From contig NW_024704778.1 of assembly GCF_018977255.1 (NCBI RefSeq), positions 1 through 64,000 on the forward strand: a stretch of 64,000 bases of DNA. Reading direction: 5' to 3'. The position numbers and the translations under genes were made by a program. Origin of the DNA: Callorhinchus milii. Taxonomy: Eukaryota. A model generated the notes under the pieces. It was not told the DNA's origin, searched no databases, and saw only the letters and a program-made list of their open reading frames with translations. This document shows, piece after piece, positions 50,999-64,000 of this stretch. Numbering within the stretch: position 1 is the stretch's first letter; every line of letters begins with the position of its first letter.

Positions 50999-53900
50999 TC
51001 GTCCGTCGATCGCTTCTACTTCTTCCTTCGCTCAGTTCAATCTGCTGGGGGGGGGGGGAAATAAATACAAATCGTACGTCAGCGAACCCGTTTCGCCCAC
51101 AAAAATATACCGTCGATTCAATTTGCGGTTTTAGTCTTGCGAAGCGCTTTGAGACGTCTCGAAGATGTGCTAAGGCGCTGTATCAAATGCAAGGTTTATT
51201 ATTATTATTATTATTATTATTTGCTTTTCCCTTCTTCATAACCTCTCTGTGACGTCTAACATCAAGGGCGCTCACTTCAGTCTCTGGCAGCGGTAGATGG
51301 ACAACAACAACAACTTGCATTTACACAGCAACCCCTCACCGAGGGTAGCGCCACAGAGTGCTTGACAGTGGCTGAGCAGGACCCCAAGCCGGGGGGAGGG
51401 AGTGGGGGAGGTGACCATAGGTCGAAGAAGAAGGTCTGACTCTGCAATGGGGAGCACTGCATCTCAGGATGTTCTGCGTGCAGTGTGTAAATGGCACAAC
51501 AACTTCACGCAGGCCCCAACCGATTAGAAATTTATTTTCGCTTTCAAATCCACGCTTTCCTTCAGCTCAGATGCTTCCAGGCATTTCACTCTCTGACACA
51601 CTTTCTAATACGTGCCTCACTGACATCCACTTCTGTTACAGGGCCTGAGTTGAAAAGGCCTGGAAATTTGAACACGGTTTCCATTTTACAGAATCTATTT
51701 AATCTATCTTGCCTTAAAGGTACATCTGCGAAGATGGCTCAGTGGACAGGGGCAGCGTAGTACTAAGCTATACAAGATGAAAGTTTTGATTCCTGGGTGA
51801 AACCATAGGCAAGTTTCCTTATTCCATACACACACACACCTCTGTTTACCTCAGTGAATTGGAACCCAGTTATAATAATAATAATAATAATAATCCTTGC
51901 ATTTGATATAGCGCTTTTCACGTCGGGAGGACGTCCCAAAGCGCTTTACAGAACACACTGTAAAGTGAATTGACTGTATATTTGTGGGCGAACGCGGCAG
52001 CCAATTGCGCACAGCAATGTCCCACAATGTCAGTCAATTAGCAGATCGCTTTTCCGGGGGTAATAAGCGAGAGGACCTGGGTTTGATTCCTGGGCGGGGC
52101 GAAACACTGGACAAGTTTTCCTACTCTGCACGCACACCTCTGTTTGTAGGAACCCGTTTATTAGTCGATTGGCAGATGGCTTTTCTGGGGGTAATAATTC
52201 CTTTACAAAAATACCAAAATTGGTCATGCAATCCAGAACTGTTTGTGGGACGCTGCTGTGCACAGTCACTAGACCTTACAGTATATCCTGTGAAGCGCTT
52301 TGAGACATCGCAAGGACGCGATAAGGCGCTGTATCAAACGCAAAGATTATTAAATCAGGTTTGTGAATTGTCCTGAGGCTTCCCCCCCCGCCCCCCCACT
52401 GAGAAAGGGATTTGGTTGCAGCATGCTTGGCGTCTGTAAGCGTACAGCGTGGAGGGTTCTGTAACGGCGGCGGGGGGTGGGGTGTGGGGGGGGGTGGGTA
52501 GAGCATGAGAGTGTAACAGGAGAAGCATAACTAATGAAGAATTATTGCAAGTTCTTCAACTGGACCTGGGCTTGGAAGCAGGTTAACATGGGTATCACCT
52601 TGCCACCATCTTCCCTCCCCGTTTCAAATGCATCTGACAAGAGGTTTTCGATTTATTTTGGGTCCTTTAGCCTTCCAGCTGTTCTCCTTCACTGTTCTCA
52701 AGCGCTCGCTTACCCTCTGGGTTCTTAAAGGGAACTTACAGTGCGAAAGCCACGCGCAAAAGCCAATTTTACACCTCCTAGCTACTCTCTCTTAATAATA
52801 ACAACAAGAATAATCCTCGCATTTGATACAGCGCCTTGTCACGTCTTCGAGACGTGGCAAAGCGCTTCACAGGATTACACCGTAAAGTGAATCGGCTGTA
52901 TATTTTGTGGGCGAAATGCGGCAGCCGATTGCGCACGGCAGCGTCCCCACAAACGGTCGTGGATTGAGTGACCAAATAATTATTATTATTACTCCTCGGT
53001 TCGGGAACTGCAGATTTTAGCCCTAAACTATGGGGTGATGGGGTCGTTATATCACCAGTGGAAAGCAGTCGGTAGTTTTCGCTGACCTCAAGGGTCAAAC
53101 CTTCTTCTTCCTCTTGAGTCTGGTCACTCCAAATCCTCTCTTTATTTATTTTTGGCCAGCCGGGTGTCCGACACTTGCAGAAACCCATCACCGTTACTTA
53201 AGAGTTTCCTTGGGCGAGAGCCAAGGCTTGGCGGGGGGAGCCCAGAGTGTGCGTTGGGGCAACTGCTGGAGTCTAACCAGCTAAACCCGCATAACTTGCC
53301 GTCAAGAGCGCTGACTGGCAAGCTTTCCCGCGAGGACCACCCTACCTGTGAGGGCTTTGGCTTTGCAGGTTTAACGGGAGCTGAGTGGGGAGGATCCCCT
53401 GCCCCCAGTGACTGGTCTGCCCTTCCAGGTCCTGCTGAGCCCTCCAAGCCCTTCTCTTCACAGAATCGCATATCCGTCTAGCCGGTCGAGATTTCAGGAG
53501 AGCTGTGCTTAAGTGGTCGTGGCTTCAGGGGAGCACAGCACAGAATCCTCCTTTCACAGAACATCAGTGCGTTCTGTGCTGTGAGCTGCCAATAAAGGCT
53601 GCACAAGCTCCTGGCCTCTGCTACCGTCATTTAGGCAGCCGTGATTGAAAAAATAAATTTCTAATGATGTTTGGCGCATCTGGTGTGATTGCTCTGCTTA
53701 CCGCGACACGTGCACAGACTTGAAATGCGGCTGCTCCTCCTGCTCGGCCCCACATAGTCGTGTCTTCAAGAGCCATCTTATTAAAAGCATCAACGCCACA
53801 GCTACGTCGAAGGCTGCCACTGCTGCCCTCCACCCCTCCCGACCCCCCGCTCCCAGCTCGGGTCCAAAACCCACTGACTGTCCAGCGCCCTGGGACGTCT

Positions 53901-56900
53901 TTCCGCCAACATTTCTTGTCGTTGTCTCTGGTTTAGCACAGAAGCTGATTTTGTTTTCAGGATTCCTATTGTTTATAATGCCTTCCTTACTCTGCGCTTG
54001 TATTTTTTGTTAGAATTTGCTCGTCACAAGAAGATCAAGGACCATCCAGCTCACCTTCCACCATCCTGGCAGTCGCTTGACATGTCGTGCCCCCGAACTG
54101 TATACTGTATTATCCGCAAATATTATGTCCTAACCGAAATCTATCTCATTGAAAAACAAGCAACACTTTCTGCTTCCTTCGTCTGTCTAGCTCAGGAGCC
54201 CGTTCTGTTCCATAAGTTTACCACTCGCTCACAAAAGTAGTGTTTCCGCAGATTTGTTCTGAATTTACCCCACTTTCAGTCGCAGGCCGTGTCCTCTGGT
54301 TCTGCTGTTCAGTAGAAGATAAAACAGCTTGTCGTGGTCTACATTATCCAATCCTTTCAGAATCTTAAAGACCGTAATCATATCACCCCTCAAATCTCGA
54401 GGGGTGTGGAGTCTTGTAGCTCAGGGGTTAGAGCGCTCAGCTCGCAAGCGAGTGGACATGGGTTCGATTCCAGGGCGGGCACAGCGAAACCTTGGGTAAG
54501 TTTCCTTACTACACACGTCTCTGTTTACCTAGCAGTGTGTAGGAGCCCAGTTGTTAGTCGTTTCCTAGTCGGGGGGGTAATAATCCCTTCAAAAAACGAA
54601 TAAGAATTTGGTCACTCAATCCACGACTGTTTGTGGGACGCTGCTGTGCGCGATTGGCTGCCGTATTTCGCCCTCAAAATATACAGTGACTACACTTTGC
54701 AGCGTATCCTGTGAAGCGCTTTGAGACGTCTCGAAGACATGATAAGGCGCTGTATCAAAAGCAAGGATTATTATCATTGATAAAGACTGTGGGACTGGGC
54801 TGGCAGTCTGAAATTGTTCCTATTGTTTCTGACCAGCGAGTGTGAGATCGTTGTAGTAAAGTAGAACCAGGAACAGAATAGGCTCATGTTTTGAGATAAT
54901 AATAATTAGCAGGTGTTCTCAGGAGCTGAAGGTGACACGAGGCTTATATTGTCTTTAAGCACTTCCATATGTCTCTTAAAGCTAATGTGGTCTGGTCTGG
55001 ATTTCATTCATAGATTACCATAAATTAGAAATCTACTATATCCGGTGTCACTTGTGTAGCAATTTGCTAATCCCTCAAAATATGGGACAGACACGTTTCG
55101 CCCACAAAACACACAGTCAATTCACTTTACTATACTGTAAAGTAAATTGACTGTGCGTTTTGTGGGTGAAACGCGGCGGCCAATTGCGCACAGCGGCATC
55201 CCACCAACACTCGTGGATTCAGTGGCCAAATAATTATTTTTTTAAGAGATTATTACCCCCCCAGGAAAGCAATCTGCCAATCGACAAACAGGTTTTACTC
55301 ACTGCTGAGGCAAACAGAGGCGTGTGGAGTAAGGAAACTTGCCTAGGTTTTTGCCCTGGCTGCAGATCACACCCAGGTCCTCTCACTTACGAGGTGAGTG
55401 CTCTAACCACTGAGTTACAGGACTCGGATGCTCTCTTTCCCTTCCCTAGGTCAGGTTAGATCAGATCACACACATGCACTTTTCAGAAGGCATTCCTGGC
55501 TAGCAATCAGAATATGATTGCAGTTACATACCCCCTTAACCCAGGGGCATAAGAGGGTGTTGCTTTCCTAGCAGGTAGCCAGTACCTTTTATATAGTGAA
55601 TGTCTCAGAGAGCATCGCAGTACATTAGAAGGTCGGGTCAAATCTCATAGGAATAATATGAATACAAGTTTCATGCCTTTTTTTTTCCTTGCAATATCCT
55701 CCGAATCCACAGTGTACAGTTGACTTCTTTCTCCTTTACAAAGTATTCTTAAATACAGTCGTTATACTGAGGGCCAGGCATCCTAATCCTAGTTAATTTC
55801 CATGTCCCTAACCCTAGGTGTCTGACACACGCGGAAATCCGTCATCGTACTTAAGAGTTTCCCAACCAAGCTGAGTATACAGATGGAAATCCCAGAGATA
55901 GATCGTTCTAATCTCTCTCTCTCTTTCCCTGGAGGGATGCATCCTGCTTACTTAATTCCGGAAAGTATCAGGCGCACATTGGTGAAAACCAAGGCTTTTT
56001 GAGGGAGGGGGAAGAGAGGTGACCATAAGCACGGTCGAAGAGGAAAGTCTTCAGGCATGACCAGAAGATGGGGAAGGAAGGGGCATGGCGGAGGGAGGGA
56101 TAGAGGAAGAGTGTGCCAGAGTTTCGGGGAGTCCTGGCTGATAGCTCGGCCACCAATGGTGGGACGAAGGGCACGAGGGGCAAGCAGCAGGCCGGATCTA
56201 GTCGAGCGGAGGCAGCGGTTAGGGGGTGAGCAGGTTGGAGAGGTAGGGAGGTGCCAGGGCGTGAAGGGATTTGAAAACGAGCGAGAGGACCTTGAAATCG
56301 ATCCGTTCGGCGATAGGGAGGCAGTGGAGCTTGGCGAGGGCCGGGGTGAAGGGGGGACGGAGTTTAGTGCGGGTGATAGGGAGCCAGTGGAGCCTGGCTA
56401 GGACTGGTGTGAAGACATCATAGTTCAGCCATGTTTCCTATGTTTACTCAAAAGTCAAGACGTTTTCTTACCTAAACATATCAGCGTTGCCTCAACACAA
56501 ACACAAACTGCTGCCAACAAATCCAGCCAAGTGTCAGCGAAACAGTGCAGCCAAAAATAGTTGTGTACTTTTCACTTAGAGCAAAAGCAAAAGAGCCGCG
56601 GTTCCATTACCCATCTCCTTCCTTCCAGCTTGCAGTCGAGCAAGCTCTGGTTCAGCAACGTTTCTGATGCAGGAATATTGAACACTCCTCTGTTACGGGC
56701 GCGAACTGCAGAGGCTTCCCTGAGGCAGAGCGAATTCAATGAAACAAGAGACCCAGGAATTTCATTGCCTTCCTCTGTTGCGCCTTTGATTGACCTTCAG
56801 TTTCTGGTAGCCAATCATTTATAGGCTTGGCTGAAGTTTTCAAAAATCTTCTAATAACAAAATTGAGCTTGGGGGACTCGATAGGGAGCGGGAATAAGCA

Positions 56901-57087
56901 AGCAAACTTTTTTTTTTCCCCCTGCCGAAGCTAAGCTACCGATTGAGAGGACTTGCGCAAAGATTTCACCCGCAGACAGCTTGTCGCTTCTTACAGCAAC
57001 AACTTGCATTTATCTATATAGCGTCCTTCATGAGGGGGTAGCGTCCTGGAGTGCTTGACTGTGGCGGAGTCTGACCCCAAGCCGGGG

Positions 57088-57120
<33 letters not shown>

Positions 57121-58005
57121 AGGGAGGGAGGGACGAGTCAAAAAGGAAGATCTTTACGCTGGGAGGGAGGGGGCATGGCGGAGAGAGTCACAGGGTTTTC
57201 GGGACGTAGTGGCTGAAAGCACGGCCACCGATGGTGGAGCGGAGGGGACAAGGGACAAACAGGAGGCCGGAGCCAGCCGGGCGGAGGCGGTGGGTAGTGG
57301 AGTAGGGGGTTAAGCAGAACGGTTCTAAGTGGAATGGTATATCCAGAAGCCAGCTGTTGTCGCTCATTTCTGGTACGGTTGGATTCCACGTTAAGCTGAA
57401 GGTGTTGTTTTGCATAATTTGTTTTAGATAAGTGTTTCAGATAAGTGCCACTGTTCCACTATATCAATCAGCACAGCCCCGCACTCAGATTACCTTTCGC
57501 GCTTCCCGAACAAGACGAAATCTTAGGCAAGTTTCCCTACTCCACACGCACACACACACACACACACGCACACACACACACGCGCGCACATACACACACA
57601 CACGCACACACGCCTCTGTTTACCTAAAGGTAAGTAGGAATCCGCTTATTAGTCGATTGGCAGATCGCTTTCCGGGAGTAATAATCCCTCCAAAAGATAA
57701 ACAATAATAGTTCAGTCACTCAATCCACGGCTGTTTGTGGGACACTGCTGTGCGCAATTGGCTGCCGCGTTTCGCCCACAAACTACACAGTCACTACACT
57801 TTACAATATTTCCTGCGAAGCGCTTTGAGACGCGTCGAAGGCGTGATCAGGCGCCGTATCAAATGCAAGGATTATTATTATTATTAGTGTTATTAAGTGA
57901 ATGTGGGAGTGAGAGAGGACCCATTCTTGGTGTCATGGATTTTTCATTGCAGCTGCGTGAAAGAAGTTGTGGGTTAGAGGGGGGGGGGGAGGGAGAGGAG
58001 GAAGG

Positions 58006-58037
<32 letters not shown>

Positions 58038-59125
58038 TGGGGGGGAGACTGACTGAAGAATGGCTGAGTACTGAGGAAGCACATGTCTGTCGGGCCATTC
58101 CTGGAGCCCTCTCGCCGCGAACTGTTATTACAGTTGTTGCTCGGTGTCGGATTTTTGTAGCAGGCTCCACAAAGCTGCCTGTTCGCTAACTGAATCAACA
58201 GAAGTGCATGTGTTCTCACTTAGTTCTGCTGGCGCTCTGTGAACCAGGCCTGTTTTACAGTTAGTTTAATGGCGTGTTTTCTAGCCCATAAATAACTCGC
58301 TCTCTGAGTTTAGGTTCAAGCGAGACCTGGCCCCTCTCCCCCCACCCCCACCCCCCCCCACCACCATTCTGAGAAAACACAAGTCACGTTTCTCAGACCT
58401 CTTTGAGGCACAGCTTCTTTTCCATCCAATAAAGCAAGCGGCTTTTACGGGAACCCATTCAAATCTTTCCTTTAATAATAATAATAATAATCCCTGCATT
58501 TGATACAGCGCCTTATCATGTCGTCGAGACGTCTCAAAGCGCTGCACCGGGATACACCGTAAAGCGAATTGACTGTATGTTTTGTGGGCAGCCAATTGCG
58601 CACAGCAGCGTCCCCACAAACAGTCGTGGATTGAGCGACCAGATTATTATTTTATTCTTGTTGAAGGGAATATTACCCAGGAAATGCGATCCGTCAGTTG
58701 ACTAACACCCGGGTTCCTAGTTACTGCCAAGTAAACAGAGGAGGTGCGAGTGGAGTAAGGAAACTTGCCCAACGTTTCGCCCTGCCCAGCCGGGAATCGA
58801 ACCCAGGACCTCTCGCTTGCCAGGCGAGCGTTCTAACCACCGAGGAAACGAAAGGAATGAAAGTCTGAAGCCGAATAATACAAGTCTGAAAGAAGTTGCT
58901 GTTTGTTCGGACGTATAAAGGAGGGCGCGGAGTGGGGTCTGGGGGCTGGGAATGGTCGACAAAGTGGTTCGTTCATTCGAGAGATTCAGGTAACATGAGA
59001 TATTTGGTGGAGGGGACTTTGGCCCACACTCTAATGCAATACTCGGGAAGTGCTACATTACCGGGGGTGCCGTCCTTAAAATGAGATGGTTTCACAGAGT
59101 CCGTCACGTCTGCCTGTTCGGGTGG

Positions 59126-59285
59126 ACTCATTCCCTCACTCACTCGTTCCCCCCCACCCCCCCCCACACTCACTCTGTCTCACTCGCTCAATCACTCCCT
59201 CTCTCACACCCTCACTCAGTCTCTCACACCCTCACTCAGTCTCTCACACACTCACACACTCACTCACTCACTCCCTCCCTTAGTC
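59126..59285. repeat. (CTCA/CACT)n low-complexity tract
   Basis: Directly visible. Confidence 0.8.
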
Positions 59286-61395
59286 ACGTTGCTGTCCTGG
59301 CTACTCATCATCCACTAACAACAGCATTGCAAAGCTGAGATCAGGAGCCCTGTATTGGGAGTCACTGCTGTGAGCTTGTGGCTTACCACAGTAGAACGTG
59401 ACAGACTGAAGTTTCAATACGTGTGTTATTACCATGCTGCGTTTTCTCTGCTTCTTATGGAAACGAGGCAGAAATAGCTGCGAGGAACAGGTTTAACTAA
59501 AGAATTCTGTGCCTGGAGGATTCCTGATTGCCAGTATTGTGACTCTAATTGACAACGTCTAGGGCCTATCACCCAGGACGAGCTTCTGAAAGTGCATCAC
59601 AGATATAATGTGGAGCACTGAGCAGTAAAAAGAATGCTACCTTGAAGCACAATCATAGAGTATAACAAATAACAATATAGTAATAAATGGTTGCATTTGA
59701 TATAGCGCGTTATCGCGTCTTTGAGACGTCTCAAAGCGCTTCACATAATATACTGTAAAGTCAGCCAATTGCGCACAAATTGAATCAAATCCAGGTCTTC
59801 TCGCTTGCGAGGCGAGTGCTCTAACCGCTAAGCTACAGGACTCCAAAGGGGGTTTGTAAGAAGGCGTCAAAGGAAGAGAGAGAGTGGAAATGAGGTAGAG
59901 AGATTTGGGAGACAGGTGGCCGAGGCGAGGAAGGCAAGGCTGACCGGGATGAAAAGGGTTGGGAAATAGACTGGAATCCGAAGGACGTAGTGTGACAGCA
60001 GCAGAATAGGACGAGAGATTACTACACAGGACATGTTTCATTCTTGTTCCAAAAAGAAAATAGATTCCTTAACTTTTTTTTAAAAAAATAGTGAGCGAGT
60101 AGTAAACTTATTGGAGCAGAACAGGTTCTCCGGGAAGACAGACGGTGGAAGTAGTGAGTGTTGTTTGTTTCAGGAACAAATGAGGTAGATTACTGCTAGA
60201 AAATAATATCTGGGGATAGTACAGTATGTAGTTTGGGGATACGACAGGTTAAGCGACTGCCAGGGTGGTGGAAGGCAAATTGGATGGATTAGTCTTATTT
60301 CGCCAAGGAAATTTTACGTTCTACACCTCAAAAAAGGCCAAGTGGCCCACCAGTGCTGTAATTCAAATTGTTGGGAATCTAAATGGATTCGTTCAATTGA
60401 AGTGCGGCATCCGGTAACAGCATAGTTTTATACGGAGTAAATTGTACGTCGTGGAAACGACAAAAGAGCAATTACTTTTTTTTTAAAAAAAGACCAGGAT
60501 TATCGATCGCTGGACACACGTGCGCAGCCTCGAAAAAGAACGATTGAAGCTGATCAGTGAGGGAATGAGGGAAGCTGAACTCGTATGTTTTCATTTAGAA
60601 GCTGATCCTCAAGATCCTTTGAATTTTTTTTTTCTGTTTTCCTGAGGATGACCTTGAAAAAGGGATACATTTCTTCTCGGATTTGCTGTGATGGGTGGAA
60701 GATGTACAAGTTATAAGCTGTCATTTCCATTTCGATGAACGTCTCGGTTACGAAATGTGTTTGTTGTCCTGCTTTGCTCCAAATAACACTGCACTTAATG
60801 CCAGTTCAGATTTATTCCTGAACTCAACCTCTAAGCTTGCTGGAAACAACCTTTTCCTTGGAGTCGTGTAGCTTAGTGGTTAGAGCACTCGCCTCACAAG
60901 CGAGAGCGCTTGGGTTTGATTCCCGGCGGGGCAGGGCGAAACCTAAGGCAAGTTTCCTCACTCCACAGACACACACACACACGCCTCTGTTTACCGGCAG
61001 TTAGTAGGAACCCACTTGTTAGTCGATTGTCCGATGGCTTTTCTGGGGGTAATAATCCCTTCAAAAAAATAATAATCATTTGGTCACCCAATCCACGACT
61101 GTTTGTGGTACACTGCTGTGCGCGCAATTGGCCCCTGTGTTTCGCACACATAATATATAGTCACTGCACATTACAGTCTATTCTGTGAAGCGCTTTGAGC
61201 CATCTCAAAGATGTGATGAGACGCTATATCAAATGCAAGGATTATTATTACTATTATTATTAAACAATGCAATTAATGGTAATTCAGATTCATTCCTGAA
61301 CTCACTGGAAACGTCCTATTCCATGAAGTGTATTCAGCTGGTAAACGTGAATCGCTAATGGAAGCTAACAGAGTAGTGTGACATCAATATCTTAC

Positions 61396-61766
61396 CTCTG
61401 TTGCAGCTTCACCTCTTGTTGCATCTGATTAAGTGAAAGGCGCTTGATAGACATTCAGCTGCTGAAACCTAGCGACTTCTTTGAACTCCTTTCCCTCTCA
61501 GTTCAAGCATAAATCAGCGGGGCTGCATTCTCCCACTTATGCAGCCGAATCCCTCACAAATCCCACGGTGTGTGTCGAAAGTTCAGTCTGATCGTCCCTC
61601 TCCTTGTTAGTTTCAAAGCAAAGACGTCAAAATGTCAAATGCCTTGTAAATGCAGCTGTCTCCCTCTTCCTCTCTTCCTCTCTTCCTTTTCTGTGTTTAA
61701 GTTCTTTTTTTTTTATCCCCAGCGGTGTTCTCTCTCGCGAGCTACTTCCTAGCCACTGAGCTAATT
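61396..61766 (-). other. Candidate non-coding 5'UTR exon of FLRT1
   Basis: Minus-strand acceptor (ct)n tgttgtcttgtcacacgcag| at 61766 and donor GAG|gtaaga at 61396; repeat-free sequence upstream of the FLRT1 coding exon. Confidence 0.45.
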
Positions 61767-64000
61767 CTGCGTGTGACAAGACAACAGAGAGAGAGAGAGA
61801 GAGAGTAAGGGAACTGAGGATGGAAAGGATTGTGAATACAGTTTTGCTATTCGGGAGCTCAGTCAGTCTCCAGAGTGAAGTAGGTGGGACTGTGGGTGTT
61901 GTGTGTCCATCACACAGTACTTCAGATGGCTGACCTTTATCTGTTCAATCAGTTGACACGCCAATCTGAGCTGTCAGGGATCCTGAGAAGAACTCAACCC
62001 CAGTAGCGACCTTTAAGCAACCCACGGGTTCCCGGTACAGACCCGTCCTCCAGTTGCTGATAATATTTCTTCGGCAGACGACAGATATTGTAAAACGACT
62101 GTGCTTTCTTTTTCAAAAGGAAACTTTCTTTTGTTGATGTTGCTGTCCTGGCCCGTCTCTGTCTTCTTGTTAAAAGCAGCCGCTGATTTTCCCCTACACG
62201 CAGACAGACAGTAACATGAAAATTAGCCGCACGACAACAAGGGACCTTTACACAGCACCTTTCACGCCAGGAGGACGTTCCAAGGTGTTGGACAGTTAGG
62301 GATTTGGACCGGAGCTTGGGCTTGGGATCGGAGGGGGATGGAGGGCAGCGAGGGTGGGGGTAGGAGGGTGACCGAAGGTGCAGTCAAAGAGGAGGGTCTT
62401 GAGATAGGTCTTGAAGGAGGGAAGGGAGGGAGTGAGGTGAAGGGACTGTGGGATGGATTTCCGAATAGTGGGGGCAGAGAAGCTGGAGGCCCGACCGTTG
62501 ATGGTGAAGCAGGCCGGGCGGGTGATGTGGAGCAGGCTGGAGCCCGCTGAGCCGAGGGAGCGAACAGGTTGATCTGGCGTAAGTAGATCGCAGAGGTAGG
62601 AAGGAGCTATTTAGTCATTTATTCAATCCACAATTGTTTGTGGGGTCGCTGCTGTGCGCAATTGGCTGCTGCCTTTTGCTCACAAAATATACAGTCAATT
62701 TGCTTTACGGTACAATCGGTGAAGGGCTTTGAGACATCTCGAAGACGTGATAAAGCATTATATCAAATGCAAGGGTTATTATTATTCCTATTATTATTAC
62801 AGAAGAGGTCTCCACCGTGAACCAGTCCGTCCAAAGACAAGCTACTGGCTTGACACATCCAGAGTAAGGGTTTTATCTGGCCCCAATTCTAGGCTTGAGC
62901 TGTCAACATGACTTGTTCTTTTATTAGAAAAATCAAGACGTCGAAATGTTTATCAGCAAATGTGGTCGCTTGCTGGGAACGCATTTCAGAACAATTTTCT
63001 TTCAAAGCAGATACTTGGCTGCTTTTCACTCCTAACTCCACTGCGGTTGACACTTAGAGGAAGGATTATGTGAAGCAGTAGCTTAAGGGTAGCATGATTG
63101 CTACCTAACTGATTAATCCAGGCCCCACGGAAGAAGCGATATCACAGACTTTCGCCCTCATTGTTAACATTTCCAGCTACAACAATATGCAGAGCTGAAC
63201 TAATAATAATCCTTATGAATAATAATGCTTGTACATGAGATCCAGGACCTTTATTATGCTGTCAAAGTCTCAAAGCACTTCACACGAAGTGACAATTAGC
63301 AGATGGACAGAAACACGGATAAAACACATCTTAAAACCTGTCCTAAACAAGAGGTTTAATAGTAATAATCCTCGCATTTGGTACAGCGCCTTAATTATCA
63401 CGTCTTCGAGACGTCTCAAAGCGCATCACGGAATATACTGTAAAGTGAATCGATTGCGTATTTTGCGGGCGGAATGAAGCGCTTCGAGACGTCTTGGAAG
63501 CCGCGATAAGGAGTAACTATCAAATCCAAGGGCTGTTATTATTAGTAGCAGTATTATCATGGAAGGAGGGGGTGGGTGGCCCAGATGAAATGGAGTGGGT
63601 GCTGGTGGGGAGGGGGGTGACGAAATCGACCCGCGGGCCACCCTTCGGACCACCCCGGTAGACGACTAAGATTTCGAAGTCACATCGCGGGGCTCGAGCC
63701 TACAGCCGTCTGCCAGAGGCGAGAGTGTTACCGACAGCGCCAGGTTGACCTCACTCTGTACGTAACGCCTTCAGGAATGTCTTTGCTAAATCACCGCTAC
63801 CAAAATAACAGGAGCGCAGGGAAACCGCCAGGGGCAAAGGCTGCTTGATATTCAGCCATCGCTCAGCCCCAGCTTCTGTTCTGCTCGATCTGAACAAGCC
63901 TGGGCTGACCTGCCTGTCTGATTCTACCTCTCTGTTATTGATCATCGACTGAAAGCTTCCAGTCAGTGTGAAGCTGCTGTCAGCAAAGCTTACCTCACAC

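Noticed and set aside
49862-51252. Several plus-strand ORFs overlapping FLRT1
   Set aside because: Antisense shadows of the FLRT1 coding sequence.
53556-53578. Iron-responsive element (CAGTGC loop)
   Set aside because: The 5-bp upper stem does not close directly on the loop, there is no correctly placed bulged C, and the location is intronic.

Overview
Repeat-dense vertebrate genomic DNA. The dominant tRNA-derived Deu-domain SINE plus L2/CR1 fragments suggest a cartilaginous fish such as a chimaera (inference). Genes reconstructed by hand from splice sites: (1) a secreted Kazal-type protease inhibitor (SPINK-like, minus strand, 3 exons in window, missed by the ORF track); (2) a complete 5-exon B3GAT3 (330 aa) behind a triplicated promoter module; (3) the 3' part (9 exons) of an ELM2-SANT-C2H2 gene of the TRERF1/ZNF541/MIDEAS family; (4) one MACROD1 exon with FLRT1 nested antisense in the following intron; (5) an intronless, intact RILPL2-like ORF nested antisense in the preceding MACROD1 intron. 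Two near-identical inverted duplications (15819-17596 vs 28412-30196; 19193-28386 vs 36283-45503) meet at a 25-N gap, and several of their other ends fall in repeats. They are probably haplotype/assembly artefacts, so the second RILPL2 and MACROD1-exon copies may not be real. Best biological leads: a possible fourth MiDAC-scaffold paralog in the FLRT1/MACROD1/B3GAT3 block, and a RILPL2 retrogene with candidate RFX sites co-oriented with FLRT1 inside MACROD1.
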